This document shows, piece after piece, positions 1 to 12,965 of a DNA stretch of 54,558 nt (its first letter is position 1; each line of letters opens with the position of its first letter). Both the position numbers and the translations under genes were made by a program. This DNA is from Chromera velia (Eukaryota). Where the stretch lies: positions 1-54,558 of the forward strand of contig JAHBMJ010000197.1 in NCBI GenBank assembly GCA_018398765.1, read 5' to 3'. The notes under the pieces are model-generated. The model had not been told where the DNA came from. It made no database searches and saw nothing but the letters and a program-made list of their open reading frames with translations.

Positions 1-73
1 TGGAAGCGGGGGGACCCATCGAAGGGGCGGCTTCGGCCGCTTTGACGTCAGTCGAGTCTAACCTTCCGAATGC

Positions 74-3000
74 TTGTCCCGACTCTTCCCCCCCTCAGCA
101 TGCTTGTCTCAACTCTTCCCCCCTTCGCAGTCGTTTTCATTTGACGGACCGTTTGCAGTGATCGATCTAGGCGCCAGTCGCACCACTGTGACGTGTGGGT
201 GGCTGAGGAAGATGTGTGAGTCATTTGGCTGGACTTGGAAGGAAGTTGCGATTCCTCGCTCTCATACGAGGATGGGAAGTGCCCTTGAGATGGTCCAATT
301 TGCCACTCATCTCCCCGTTATGGTTAACGGCCACCCAATTACGATGATTGCCGACATCATGGAGACTGACTCCGTCACTCCTGTGTTGATTGGCAATAGG
401 CGTCTGATAGATCTGAACGCCGTCTTCGACTACTTATCCGGTACCTTCTCCTTTCCTGATCACTCATCCCTTCGCTTCTGCCGTGCAGGCAATGATTTAT
501 TATACCTGCGGCTGAAGCCGCAGGCGTTCGGGAAGGAGCAAGGTCCCTCGGCCCTCCCAGACGCTCAGAAAACTGAGGGACTCCCCCCCCCCGCTGTTTT
601 GGTTGGGGGTGTTCGCGTCCATCCAGTTCGTCGGCATGTTCGACCTGCTCGACTTCGCGCACGCTCCCAATCATCTTCTTCTCCTCCCCCGTCTTCTCTC
701 TCGACCTCTGAGGTCAGTGAGTTGGTGAAATCTTTGATTCGGGAGCATCATCAAGAGTTGGGCCACATCGGTATGAATGGCACCTAGAAGTCCCTCCGTG
801 CCGGTTTGTCTGACCTCCCGTCTCTCCCTCGCGGCCCTTTCAGACGCGCAGTTGCTCGTGCGTTACGCTCCTGCACTCATGGGGGCACATGTTCCCGCAT
901 CAAACCGAGAAACGTGTCAGATGGCTCTACTTCCTCCCCTCGTATGCCTGCTGTAGGTCGTCACGTTTTTATTGATATTATGTATGGCCTGGGAGAGCAT
1001 AGACTCGGCCGGTATCTTTTCACCATCAAAGATGCTTTCAATAGGTAGTTATGGGCTTTTCCTTTAAAGGATCGACTCGCTGCGACCATCAAGTCTGCGT
1101 TCAGTGATTGGCAGCGTTATGAGGGAGAGGTAGTTCCTGAAGTGCGGACTGACTTGGGGGAGGAGAACAGAGGAGATTTTGCAGAGTGGCTATCCTCCAA
1201 ACCCATTGACCAAGCGTTCACCCCTGCCGGCTGGCACCGTTCCTTGGGCCCGCTAGAGCGCACCCACAGAGAGCTTTAGATCATTATCAGAGGCATTCTG
1301 TTGGATCGCGGTCTCTCTGAGAGCGCGTGGCTTTCCGTTCTTGAAGAAGCCGTGTCCCAATATAACAAGCGCCCCAGTGCAGGACAAGGGGGGAAGTCTC
1401 CTTTCCAAATTTGCCGTGGGTCCTTCCCTTTCTTTCCTGCAATCGCCTCCCTTTGTGAACTTCTCACCCCTGACAGCCCTGATTCCCCCCCTCTTGCTTA
1501 CTCTGTTGGTGAGAGGATTCTTTTCTCTCACCTAGAGGAGCACCGCCCCAAGTTTGCCCCCCGATATGAAGAAGCCGAAATAGTCCAGTGCCTTGGGCCC
1601 CACGTCTACCGAGTCCGACGGGACTCAGGCCATCGAATTCTCACCCACTATCGATGCCTTCGAAAGATTAACCCTTCCCCCAAGTATAGCCGCAGCAGTA
1701 ACAGCAGCAGTGAAGCCAGCCCACCACTGCCCGCGTCACAGTCTGAAGTGTCAGGAGCCGATACTTCTCCCCCCTCATCCCCGTCCTGTGCCGTGGCCAG
1801 CGGGCTGACGTTTGACAAGGGGGAGATGATTATCTGGGAGGCCGATGACAGCCACAAGCGCTTCCTTGGCCGTGTGCTTGCTGTTCAGGATGGTCTCATC
1901 ACCGTCCATGCGTGGGGCAGCTCTCAGAGCGGCCCCCTTACCAACCGATGCTTCCTCCCAGCGTGGTGCTTGAAAAACGGCAGCCGCATGCGCTTTGGTA
2001 AGTCCAAACCAAACAAGCAAGTTGTCGAGTTATGCCGTTTAGACCCTTCGGACATTGTTGAGCGTCGCATTGATGAATTTCGTCTTCAGCCCGATGGTAG
2101 GCTCCGGACCCGCCCTCATCCATCGAACTCCACTCCACAGCATTCGCCCACTCCCGTGAGCCGTTTCCGTCTTATCAGTTCGATACCGCCTCCCTCCTTA
2201 CTGTATTGACTGCCACCACTCACGTTCCGATCCATGAGAAAAACCTTCCCGCAGATGAGCGTCCGTTGCTCGCAGCCTCCCGCACCAAAGAGCTCAATAA
2301 GTATTCCGATTATGAAGCGTACGAGTCCGTTCCCCTCTCCTCGGTCTCTCAGGAGACTTGTCGCACCGCTATTCCCCTCTTGTGGTGGGACACTTTGAAG
2401 CGTGTGTCAGACGGAGAGCGAGTTTTCAAGTCCCGCCTCTGTGCCAACGGGTCTCCTCGCTTTGATCATCGAGACGACGTCTCCGTCAGCAGTGATCCTG
2501 CCTCTCAGTGGGCTCTGCGTGTAGCGTTGACAATGGCTCTTGCCCACCCCTCATTTGACCCCACCGATTCCCTCCTGGTCGGGGATATTGAGAATGCGTA
2601 CCTCAATTCCCCCCGACCATCCGACGCGCCCCCCGTGTATGTTGTTCCCCCCCCCGACCATCTGGATCACGGCAACGCCCTCTGGCTTCTTAAAAAGTGT
2701 GTCTACGGTTTGAAAGACAGTGAGCACCTGTTCAAGAGAGACCGTGACTGCGCTTTAATGCAGGCTGGGTGGGTGAAGAGCGGTATTCCCAGGCTCTGGT
2801 GGAAATGGAAGGGCTTCCCTCTCACTCCAACTCCCAACTTCTAGGTCTTTGCACTACTTTCGTGGATGACCTTACCATGATTGGTGTTGGCTGCAGCCCC
2901 CAATCCCTTCTTGATGAAATCGCAGCTAAGGGCTAATACACCATCACCACCACTGCCCCCTCACAGGGATGGATCCGCTGGGTGGGGGTTGACTTCTTTT

Positions 3001-3875
3001 TAAGTCCGGAGGAGGTCCAAATTTCCCAGCATGAATACATACAGTCCCTCTCCTCCCAGATCCCTCCCGGCCCGTGTCCTTCCACCCGTCTGCCCTCGTG
3101 TTCTCGTGATCCCCTTCCTGACTCCCCCCTTCTGTCACGCAGGCGTCACTAAGAGTTCCGTCGGCTCCTCGGGAGTCTCTCTTGGGTCGCCCGCGATCAT
3201 ACCCGTCCCGACCTAGCGGAAGCTTACAATGAGCTCAGTCGTTTGGTGACTGCCCCCACCGAAGCAGCCGAGGCCCTCCTTCATGGCTTCGGTCGCTACG
3301 CCCTCCACACCTCCTCGCGTCGCATCAGCATCCGCCGAAGAGACTTTTCCCCAGTCACGTCCCCCCTCCACCTCAGTCAGTACGGAGATGCCTCTCTCGG
3401 CACCGTGGGGAGTGCTCATCCCCATACTGGATGGATCCTCGGCACGGGGGACTCCTGTTGGCATTGGAGATCGTTTCGTCAGCCCCGAGTAGCCTGCAGC
3501 AGCGCGCGTGCTGAGCTGTACGCTGCTCATGATGCCGCTGATTTCACGAAGAGCATCCTGCTAGCTCTCCGCACGGTGTGGAAAGCCGGTGTCACCGTCA
3601 ACCTCTTCACTGATGCAGAAGGTGTGCTGTACCTCGTGTATGCAGACCATCCACGTCCATGTGAGCGGTCTGTCATGCAGGTGATCAAGTCTATGCAGTC
3701 CTGCCTCCTCGAACGTTCTCCGGACACCTTGGTTGTCCAGACGTTGGCCCTTCATGATGCGCTGGATGAGTCAAACTTTCACCTCCGTCACATCCCCACT
3801 CATGAAAATCGCGCCGATCCTTTAACTAAAAGCATGAGCCCTTCACTGCTTGCCCCATATTTTGTCAGTTTTTGA
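74..3875 (+). mobile_element. Decayed Ty1/copia-order LTR retrotransposon pol (protease-integrase-RT-RNase H); 5' part lies outside the window
   Basis: Protease motif AVIDLGASRT (~155-185). Integrase HHCC (HHQELGH...CTHGGTC) and DDE core (VFIDI, VRTDLG, LERTHRE). Copia-type RT motifs KSRLCANG, DIENAYLN, LKKCVYGLK and FVDD (2859-2870). RNase H motifs YGDAS, SSARAELYA, LFTDA, NRADPLTK. In-frame TAG stops at 785, 1046 and 1277; frame changes near 2205 and 2840. Confidence 0.93.
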
Positions 3876-4116
3876 AAGAAAGAAAGAAAGTAATGCGTGT
3901 TGTGTTTACGGGGGCCTTGGCATGCCAGCCGGAGCCATGACAGTGAAAGCCGTTTCGCAGTAGAAATAGAATCAGATTGAGCATGAAGACAGAAGGGCTC
4001 CTAGCGAAGAAACACCGACTCTCTATCAATCTCTAAGCGGTAGAACGTGTCTGTTAACAGCACGGGCGCTAGGGACTTAAGAACACTTCACTCACCCTCT
4101 TTCTCTCTCTCTCTCA
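3874..4116 (+). repeat. Polypurine tract (3874-3890) and probable 3' LTR (about 3894-4116, TG...CA)
   Basis: GAAAGAAAGAAAGAAAG directly follows the RNase H stop. TG at 3894 and CA at 4115-4116, where composition switches abruptly to AT-rich. No 5' LTR in the window to confirm. Confidence 0.5.
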
Positions 4117-4199
4117 CCTTGATATGATAAAGATGGTCTGAAGCTTTAGATCTCTCCAAAATCGGGTTAGATTAATATCCAAACCTAACATTTGGAACA

Positions 4200-4790
4200 C
4201 CTTCTTTATGTTTGATCTATAAGTTACTGGGATGTTCGATTTAGCGCTCCTAATGAAACTAAGCATGCCGATCATGATTCCATTAATTTTTATAGTCATA
4301 ATTTTAAGCTTTATTTCATCATATTCTATTTAAAAAAATTGTTAGAGATGTTTAGAGGTTTAGAGATCTCTAAATTGAGTCTAAAGAATTTTAGAGATCT
4401 CCAATAAAATCGAGAAAAGTTACAAAATCGTGTGTGACCCTAAGCATGACCCCCTTTCTCCAACGTCTCCATTGGACTCTCAAAACTTTTGAGTCCAAAG
4501 CATCTCCAAACATGATATTTCGGGCATCTTTCTTATGTTTGAGCTATAAGTTACTAGGATGTTCTATCTAGCGCTCTTCAAGTTAGTCAAACTAAACGTG
4601 CCAATTTTGTTTTTAAACTTTACGTAACCATATTCTATACCTGAAAAAATTATATGTTAGAGATGTTTAGAGATTTGAAGATGTCCAAAGCATCTCCAAG
4701 CAATTCGACATTGAATTTGTGCAGATCTCAATCAAAATCATAATAATAATATAATAATATTGGAGATCTCCAAACATCTATAACAATTCT
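4200..4790. repeat. AT-rich segment with a diverged direct repeat and an inverted subrepeat; possible DNA-transposon remnant
   Basis: TTATGTTTGA.CTATAAGTTACT.GGATGTTC.AT.TAGCGCTC at ~4206 and ~4533. TGTTAGAGATGTTTAGAG at ~4340 and ~4655, with a reverse-complement-like copy at ~4768-4789. Confidence 0.5.
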
Positions 4791-5384
4791 TCTAGATAAT
4801 GTTCATGCAAAGACCTACGAGTAAACCTAACCTCAACTTTAATTATCTTCTACAGGTTGTGAAAGGCACTTTGCAGGCTCTCGAGACTTTCTCTTGGAAA
4901 GAGATCAGAGAGGTATACAGAAGAGGAGAGGGGAACGAGATAGACATGACTTTGTACAGGATCTCTCGCAGTGAAAGAACATTTCCTAAAGAGGTGAGAC
5001 ACAAAGCGAGAGAGATCTTTCTATGTCTCTTTCTGAACAAAGAAAATTAAGATAGAGGGAAGATGCTTTTGCTCGTTCAATTTTCTACATTCGATTGATT
5101 CATTTGCTTTCTTCATTCTATTATCATCTTTGAAGTCATACTTAGTCCCGTTCTTTCTCTGTCATATTGCTAGGAGTCCGTTCATGGATTCTCTGCACCA
5201 GGTCCTGTTTTGTTGTAACTAGTTTTTCCTTGAGTATGAGGAAATGGAAATGAAGAGAGCTAACCAGAAGAGAGGGTTTTATCTCTGTTACACTCAGCGC
5301 TGAAAGTAATGAACGGCTAAGAGTGAACCAAGTCCATACTTAAAAAGAAGAAACGGAAGCATCGGACGGACAGATCAAGAAAGG

Positions 5385-5465
5385 GAGAAAGAGAGAGAGA
5401 GCGAGAGAGAGAAAAAGAGAGAGAGAGAGAGACAGAGAGAGATAGAAAGAGAAAGAGAGAGAAAG

Positions 5466-5508
<43 letters not shown>

Positions 5509-5537
5509 CAGAGAGAGAGAGAAAGAGAGCGCGCGCG

Positions 5538-5572
<35 letters not shown>

Positions 5573-5621
5573 TAGAGAGAATGAGAGAGAGAGAGAGAGC
5601 AAAAAAGAGAGAGAGAGCAAA

Positions 5622-5656
<35 letters not shown>

Positions 5657-5705
5657 AAGAGAGAGAGCAAGAGAGAAAGCAAGAGAGAGAGCAAGAGAGA
5701 GACAA

Positions 5706-5736
<31 letters not shown>

Positions 5737-5761
5737 CAGAGAGAGAAAGAGAGAGAGAGAC

Positions 5762-5810
<49 letters not shown>

Positions 5811-5905
5811 GAGAGAAAGAGAGAGAGAGAAAGAGAAAGAGAGAGAGAGAGAAAGAGAAAGAGCGTAAATCTTAGAGAGAAAGAGCGTAAGAAAGAGAGA
5901 GAGGG

Positions 5906-5946
<41 letters not shown>

Positions 5947-5991
5947 AAGAAAGAGAAAGAGAAAGAGAGAGAGAGCAAGAGAGAGAGAGCA

Positions 5992-6024
<33 letters not shown>

Positions 6025-6073
6025 CAGAGAGAGCAAGAGAGAGAGAAAGAGAGAGAGAGCAAAAGAGAGAGAG

Positions 6074-6148
<75 letters not shown>

Positions 6149-6168
6149 ATGAGAGAGAGAGAAAGAGA
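5385..6168. repeat. Long imperfect (GA)n microsatellite
   Basis: Directly visible. The SL-rich and RE-rich ORFs here are artefacts of it. Confidence 0.97.
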
Positions 6169-6699
6169 AATATAAGAGTGACGGTTGTTGTTCTCTTCTC
6201 TCTGTTTCTATGCAAAGGGGGCGTCATTTTGAGTGGAAAAAAGGAAAAAGAAGAGATCTAATAAGAAGAGAAGGATTGCGTTACTTGGCCTACATACAAA
6301 AAGGGGAAAAGAAAGGTGAACCGATTGGAAGCTCAGTATGAAGGCCTAAGAACTTGCATGGATGATTTGTGATCTCTTTCTTTTAGTAGGTCTTTGTTTA
6401 TTATTGAGTCTCCAAACACTGAGTGTGGAATCGAAAAAGCAGAGAGTCCGATCCAACTAGAAGTGAGAGGAGTATCATATCAAAGCCCATCGCTCCTTTA
6501 AGAGAAAGGAACAAAGAAAAATCGATCCGCTCAGATAGATGGAAGGCAAACAGACAAAAAAAACTAAATATTTCAATCTCATTTCTGTTATTGTCCTGAT
6601 GTTCATCTTTTTTCTTTTTTATCTCATCTGTCAAGTCAGCAAAAAAACAACTATAAAGGGGTTTTTTATCTTGATCTTATCATGCAAGTGATAGTGAAG

Positions 6700-7585
6700 A
6701 GAGAGGGGAGAGGAGCCTTGAGGTCAATAAGGGGAAATTCTCTCTCGATGGAGGGAGAGGGACCCCGCTGCACGACAGAAAATGCATTGTTTGCTCTGAT
6801 CTTCTTGATATCCAGGTGGTTGAAGACGAAGTGCATGTTCTGACTGAGTGTCCCTTGCATGATACCGAGAGGGCTGTTTGCTTGCAGGCTCTTTCAGATA
6901 CATGGAATGAAGGGAGGGGGGAAAGAGCAGCAGGAAAGCCAAAATGGGGAGAGGGGACAAACAGGAAGACAGAAAGGCTTGCCTTGTTTTCTTTTCTTTT
7001 AAGTGAGACAGATGGAAGCGTCGACAAGTTTTTGAAGGATGTTGTTACAAAACGAGCTGCCGTAAAGGAATGCCGCAAGAGAAATGCATACAGCCTGCAA
7101 GATGTATCAAACATCGAGCTGGACCAAGCCCACCAAATCCTTTGGTCAAATGAAAAGGAAAGAAACAAAAGACAGGCAGAGTACTCAGCAATATGGCAGC
7201 AAATGAAGCAAGCAAAGGAAGAGGGAGAAACCAAAGGGTTGAGTGACTGGGAAGTAATGAGATTGGCCTCTAATCGGTCGACCATTTATTTTGAGATGCC
7301 TCCGTTTGAAGCCTGTTTGAGCTCCGCCGGGTCGATCGGCGGGCCGCAGCATCGTCAGTGAGAGTTGATTGATTACAGTCTTTCGCATGCGATTGATAGT
7401 AATTGATTGATTATCACGTAAACAGTTTGCGGCACAGGTCTTTTTGGCCTGTGCGGGCCGGCCAGGAAGATCGGACGCGTGTATGCGCTTTTCCTGGACG
7501 CCGCACGTCGAGCGCTCGGCATTGGGGCAGGAGACCAATCCTTCAGACATTAATCCTATCCTATCCTATCCTATCCTATCCTATC
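6700..7585 (+). mobile_element. 5'-truncated non-LTR retrotransposon (LINE): C-terminal zinc knuckle of ORF2, 3' UTR and (CCTAT)n tail
   Basis: Frame open 6675-7361 encodes SLEVNKGKF...HDRKCIVC...VEDEVHVLTECP, a CCHC motif typical of LINE ORF2 C-termini. Tail TAATCCTATCCTATC... at 7551-7585. No RT domain present. Confidence 0.8.
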
Positions 7586-7679
7586 GACGATCGTGCTTTT
7601 TCTGGTTAAAAAAGACTTAAGCATAATGTGCTAGGTAATGTCTAAAGCACGTCACATACAAAGGCTTACGCTGCGTGTG

Positions 7680-7853
7680 TCTAACAAAGAAGTTGATTGA
7701 AAATGGTCTGGAAGAGATTCCAGGCGGGCCATGGGGTGTAGTCTGAGCCTCAGCGATCGGGCACACCCCCCTGCCGCTTGCGGGGGCGACCTCTACAAGA
7801 CAAAACGGCGACAGTGCTCAACGGCACCACTAAATCACTCACTCACTCACTCA
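7680..7853 (+). mobile_element. Probable 3' end of a second retroposon (SINE or LINE) with hairpins and a (TCAC)n tail
   Basis: Hairpin GGGGTGT-A-GTCTGA...TCGGGC-ACACCCC (7733-7769), small hairpin GTGC-TCAACG-GCAC (7814-7827), then TAAATCACTCACTCACTCACTCA. Confidence 0.4.
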
Positions 7854-9687
7854 TCTCTGCTAAAGAGTCAATTTTATGTGCACTACTGCATATGCATCAT
7901 TACACTTTAACATTGCAGTTATATTTATGGAGGTATTCATGCATACTATAATACGTATACAACACGATGCTAGACACGATGAACTAGACCATGAAACATG
8001 AATGCAAAGCAATAAATGCGAAAACAATATCTGTCCTCTGATTTGATCGACCCGGGAGGCGCTGTGCCCTAGGCTGTGCCGCGTACTGCCACACAGACGA
8101 TGTGCATGACGCATGAAGGAAGCACTTGGACTGGAATAAGCAACCAGTCTTGTGCATGCAGGGGCGAGATAGTACAGCGCGACGATCGACGCACGACGAC
8201 GAGTCACTTTCTTTCGAAACCTCGGTATTAAACCAGACTCTGTGGAGACGGGATCGATCGGCTGAATGCTGGAGTTCATCGAAACAGTCGGTCAATTGGA
8301 AGGACAAACAAACCACGAACCCACACCGGCATCTCTGAACAGCACTCGCAACGAACGAGGAGGATGCATACATACATCAGTTAGGGGAGCCATGATGCAG
8401 CCACCATGCAGGAACAACTGCAGCACCAATGAACGCACAGCGCTTCCTTCTTCCTTTCTCCTTCCTCGATTTCGATTAACGCGCGCCCATCTCTTGACGA
8501 TGGAAAGCGTGCGTCTCTTGGTGCGTATGAAATTACTATGGAATTGAACAAAAACAGAATGAACGAAAGAGAGAGGGAAACGAACAGCTCTCGTCCCTGC
8601 CAATCACCCGCCCCAGCTAGTATGTCAGTCTATGCATTCCTGGTGGACGCGCTCCCACTCTTTTTCCTCTCCCTTCTCTATATCTGCCTGCCTGGTTTTC
8701 TCTCTGAGTTCTTTCCCGTTCTTCTTTGTGCTGCAAACAAACCCCAAATAACCAGACAGGACAGATCCAGGAGAAACCAACCAATCAGCCACACGTGCAG
8801 GCAGCACCTGACGGCGGACCTCCTGGTCGCTCATCGCTCTTCCTTCCTTCCCCTTCCTTCCTTCCTCCTCTCCCTGATTAATTTGTTTATTTGTTCTCCT
8901 ACCAAGCTCTGTCCGTCTTCCAAGTCCTCTAGCTGTGAGGGCTCGATCGCACAACGACAACAGAGACGGAAAACTCAGTCAGTGCCTGCACGACCGGCGA
9001 CGCACTCACTCACTCACTCAGCCGATTCCGTCACGTTCTCGTCAACATCAATCAAACTCGAGACAACGCACGCACGCATGCATGCACAATACAACAGAAA
9101 AATAAAAGTTCGGCTACACAGCCGTAGTCGCGACAGTCATTGACGGAGGCGGCTGGCGCATCCCTTCACGATTCTTTTCAAACATCCTGTCGTCTCGTCT
9201 CGGATCGGATTGACGCTGCGCACTTATCTATCGATCGATCTCGACACTTCGTGCTGTCACAAAGAACAGAGACAGGGAAAGGAAACTGAAGACCCGCGCC
9301 GACTACTTGATCACTCACTCACTCGCTCACACACACACAAGCGGAAACACATTCCAGATTCGAAGATCTTTAACATCCTCAGACTGCATGGGGGCATGCA
9401 TGATTGGGAAGGAAGCAAGAAAGGAAAGAGGTAAGGAAGGAACAGCGATGACGGATGTGGCTTCACTGACAGGCAGGAGGGGGCAAGCAGAAGCGTCTTC
9501 ACTGCTGCCACCACTCCCTGGTCACCACTTCCATCCTCCCTCCACCCTGGTCTTCCTTCCCTTCTTTCCTCTCTAGCAACCGACCTCCTCGATCAGCCCC
9601 CCGACCCTCATGGAAGGAATTGCTGCATGGATATGCGCATGGTCGGTCGATGGATGCGTGCACGATGATCCTCCTCTCCGCTCCTCT

Positions 9688-9727
<40 letters not shown>

Positions 9728-11081
9728 CCCCCCCCCTCCCTCCTTCACCCCTAGCCGGAGAGATGAGATGAGCTTAAGGAAGCAAACTGCCTCTGTCTGT
9801 CTGCCTGTCGGTCTGCCTCTAGCTGGATCGATAGAGAGAAAAAGATAGCGAGAGAGAGACAGACAGACAGAGAGAGAGGGAGAGAGACTAGGAGAGATAC
9901 TAAGAGAGAGACTAGGAGAGAGAAAGAGAGAGAAAAAAAGGCCTCCCCACAACAACTGTGGAGACCCACATACAAAGCAGAGACTAACCGACCGGCCGAG
10001 CCCTTCGATCGATCAGGAGGCACGCAGGCAGGCCGCTTCTTTCTGATGTTGAATTGCAAAAGTCCTTCCCAGAAAAAAAAGAACATTCATGCGATGTTAA
10101 TACCAATACAACCTACCAAAGACACACACGGGAAGCGAACCGTTCAATCGACGGACCTTCTCTGCCCGCTGCACGTCTTCTTCACGACTCAATTGTCTAC
10201 CGACAAAGGTGTCCGAAGGAAGGCATCAGCGCACGCTCTTTCAATCTTCCAATCAGATGGATGGATGATGACTTCTTTCCATCCATCGATGTGCTTGATT
10301 TCTGTTTCCTTCCTTCGGAGTGTCCCCTTGCTGCTGCACCACAGGACTGCAGCCATACCCACCCACCCACCCATCCAAAGCAAAATGAGCGCCAAGATCT
10401 TCATATTCATGCGTGAAAGAAAGAAAGAAAAAAAGAACGAAAGAACGAACGAAAGAACGAAAGCAAGAAAGAAAGAGAGAAAGAAAAACAATGAATGCGT
10501 GTCCATCATTTCACAGGTCTCACAAGCATGTACGGTCGACGGAAAAGTGCACGCACCAGAGAGAACACAAGGAGGTGGACATGTCAAGGGACGGACGAAG
10601 GAGCATGCACTCGCCACCATGACAAGGCGCGTTAGGCCGGTCGATGCGGGGAACTGCGACAAAGGCCAAATGAATGAATGAATGAATGAATGAATGAATG
10701 ACGAAAGGAGTCTGCACGGGTCTGGTTTTTCTTTCGGTACCTCTCCCGCTTATTCGAATCTGGTGGTGTGTTGATGACTTTCTATTCCGCCTCTCTGTTA
10801 CCATGCATCCAAAGGAAGGATCGAATACTCACCTTCTCCCTCCCCCTCTGTCTGTCTGCTGTCTCTCCGCGTGCCCACCCCCTCCCTTTCCTACTTCCTC
10901 CTCGATTCGAGTCGAGTCGAGTCACGCAGTCGGAATGAAGGGTCGGATCAGGCTGACTGCCTGCCTGAAAGGGCACAGTACAGCACAGCGCCAATTGCCT
11001 CCATCCACCCCGCAGGGCACTCACGATATGTCTTTGTCCACGATCCACTGATCGCTTTGTGTGTGTGTGTGTGTGTGTGTG

Positions 11082-11117
<36 letters not shown>

Positions 11118-11873
11118 TGTACGTGTGTGTGTACGTGTGTGTGTGTGTGTGTGTGTGTGAGTGTGTGAGAGTGTGTGTGTGTGAGTGTGTGTGTGTGTGT
11201 GTCTGTGTGTGTGTCTGTGTGTGTGTCTGTGAGTGCAAAGAGAGAAAACCGAACGAGAGAGACGAGACGTTCCTTCCTTCTGGCAGGAGGCCCTCCCTCC
11301 CTCCCTCTCAAGAACAGACAGACAGACACATCAACGGGCTGATCGACGTCCGCCTGCTGCCTCCCTCCTCCTTAAAAAGTCAGACAGACAGAAGGAAGAA
11401 ACGACGACTGCATGGGAGGCAACAACAGGCCAGACAGATAAACGGGCTCATGCACGACTCCAAGACTGAGAAGAGATAAGGAGGGAGGGCGTTTAACGTG
11501 CATCATTAATTGGTGTGGCCTCCTCTTGTGATGATCAACGACCGGCAGGGCTTTTCTTTCTTTCTTTCTTTCCTCCTTCCCTTATTTCCACAAAAAGAGA
11601 GAAGCATACCAGACATACCAGATGCACATGCAAAAAAAGAGAGAGAGACAGAAAGAGAAAGAGAAAGGGGAAAAGAGGCGCGGGGAGGCGAATTGCCACA
11701 AAGCGAGACGAGAGAGACACGCGCATCTATTTCATACACACACGCACACGCATACACACACCCGCTCGTACGGGCGTACACACACTCGCGTGCATTCAAC
11801 AGAAGGGCCCGACAGGCCAGGAAGAAGAAGGCAGAAGAGGAGCGGAGACATTCGACATTGGAGTGGGGGGCGG

Positions 11874-11923
<50 letters not shown>

Positions 11924-12965
11924 CTCTTGGGTTCAGTGCTTTTCTCTCGAGGGAGAGAGCGAGGGAGGGAGGAAGAGAAACACACACAGACAGAGAGTGG
12001 ATACTCCTGCCCCAGAGGAGAAAGATAGAGGCGGACCCACACATCTTCCCCCTAATCTGACAGTGAGAGGGAGAAAATATTTCTTCGTTCAAATGATTTT
12101 TCTGTTCTCGATGGTTAGTGAGACAATGAGACACAAAAACGCACGCCCAATTTTAAAAGTCGCCCCCCAAACCAAACAACAGAGTGACTGCTGGTTGCAC
12201 GTGGGGGATAAAAAACATCGAAGGAATCCGTGTTAGCTGGGAGAACTTCTCCCTTCCCGTGGGCACCCGTCTCTTCCTTGAGATCAATTTCTTTCTTTTC
12301 CGTGGTCCTGTTGTTTGTCTTTCTCTTTTCCCTTTCGCGCGAATGGGACGACAGAAAGAATGGACTGATTGATGTTTCAACTGAAGCAAAGCAAACAGAC
12401 CTCAAGTGGAATTGGTCCCCGCGTTCTTCCTTTTCAGTGTGTGCTTTTTTGATTTCTTGTTCTTTTGGTATGCGGAGGGGGGAAAAGAAAGTAAAAAGAG
12501 TCCGGATGATGCGAAGGGAAGTGTTGAGAAAATAAAAACACTTCCCCCGAGAAATTGGAGGCTGGAGGCTGCATGCCCCTTTGGGCCTTTAGACATCGCC
12601 GCTTTTTTCCTTTTCTTAATTGCTGCACAGGACGAATCCTTGTCGTCTCTTGCTGGTCTGTTTTCCTTAGGAAAAAGAGAAGGGAGGAAAAAGAGAAACA
12701 AACCGGCAGAACATACAAAGATACTGACACGGACACATCCCCCACCCCCCTCCCCTCTGTGTGTGTGTGTGTAATGTGTGTGTGTGTGCGTGCGTGAAGC
12801 TCTTTCTCTCTGTCTCTTTTCTTTTCGTTCAACGAACGATGCGTTGACCGAACAGATTTTTCTTTTTTTTTTTCTTCGACCGAAAAAAGACGACCGACTT
12901 TTCTTTATCGAAAATCGACCGTTTGTTTCCTTCTCCTGACTGGTTCTGTCTGGCTCCTGCAGGGC

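Noticed and set aside
785..1279. In-frame TAG codons in the retrotransposon as programmed readthrough or a variant genetic code
   Set aside because: They fall inside the integrase and accompany frameshifts, and TAG is used as a normal stop at 31097-31099; decay is the simpler explanation.
5317..6227. Long SL-rich and RE-rich ORFs, and similar ones at 20616-21693, 36015-36695 and 45186-46739
   Set aside because: Translations of microsatellites that lack stop codons.
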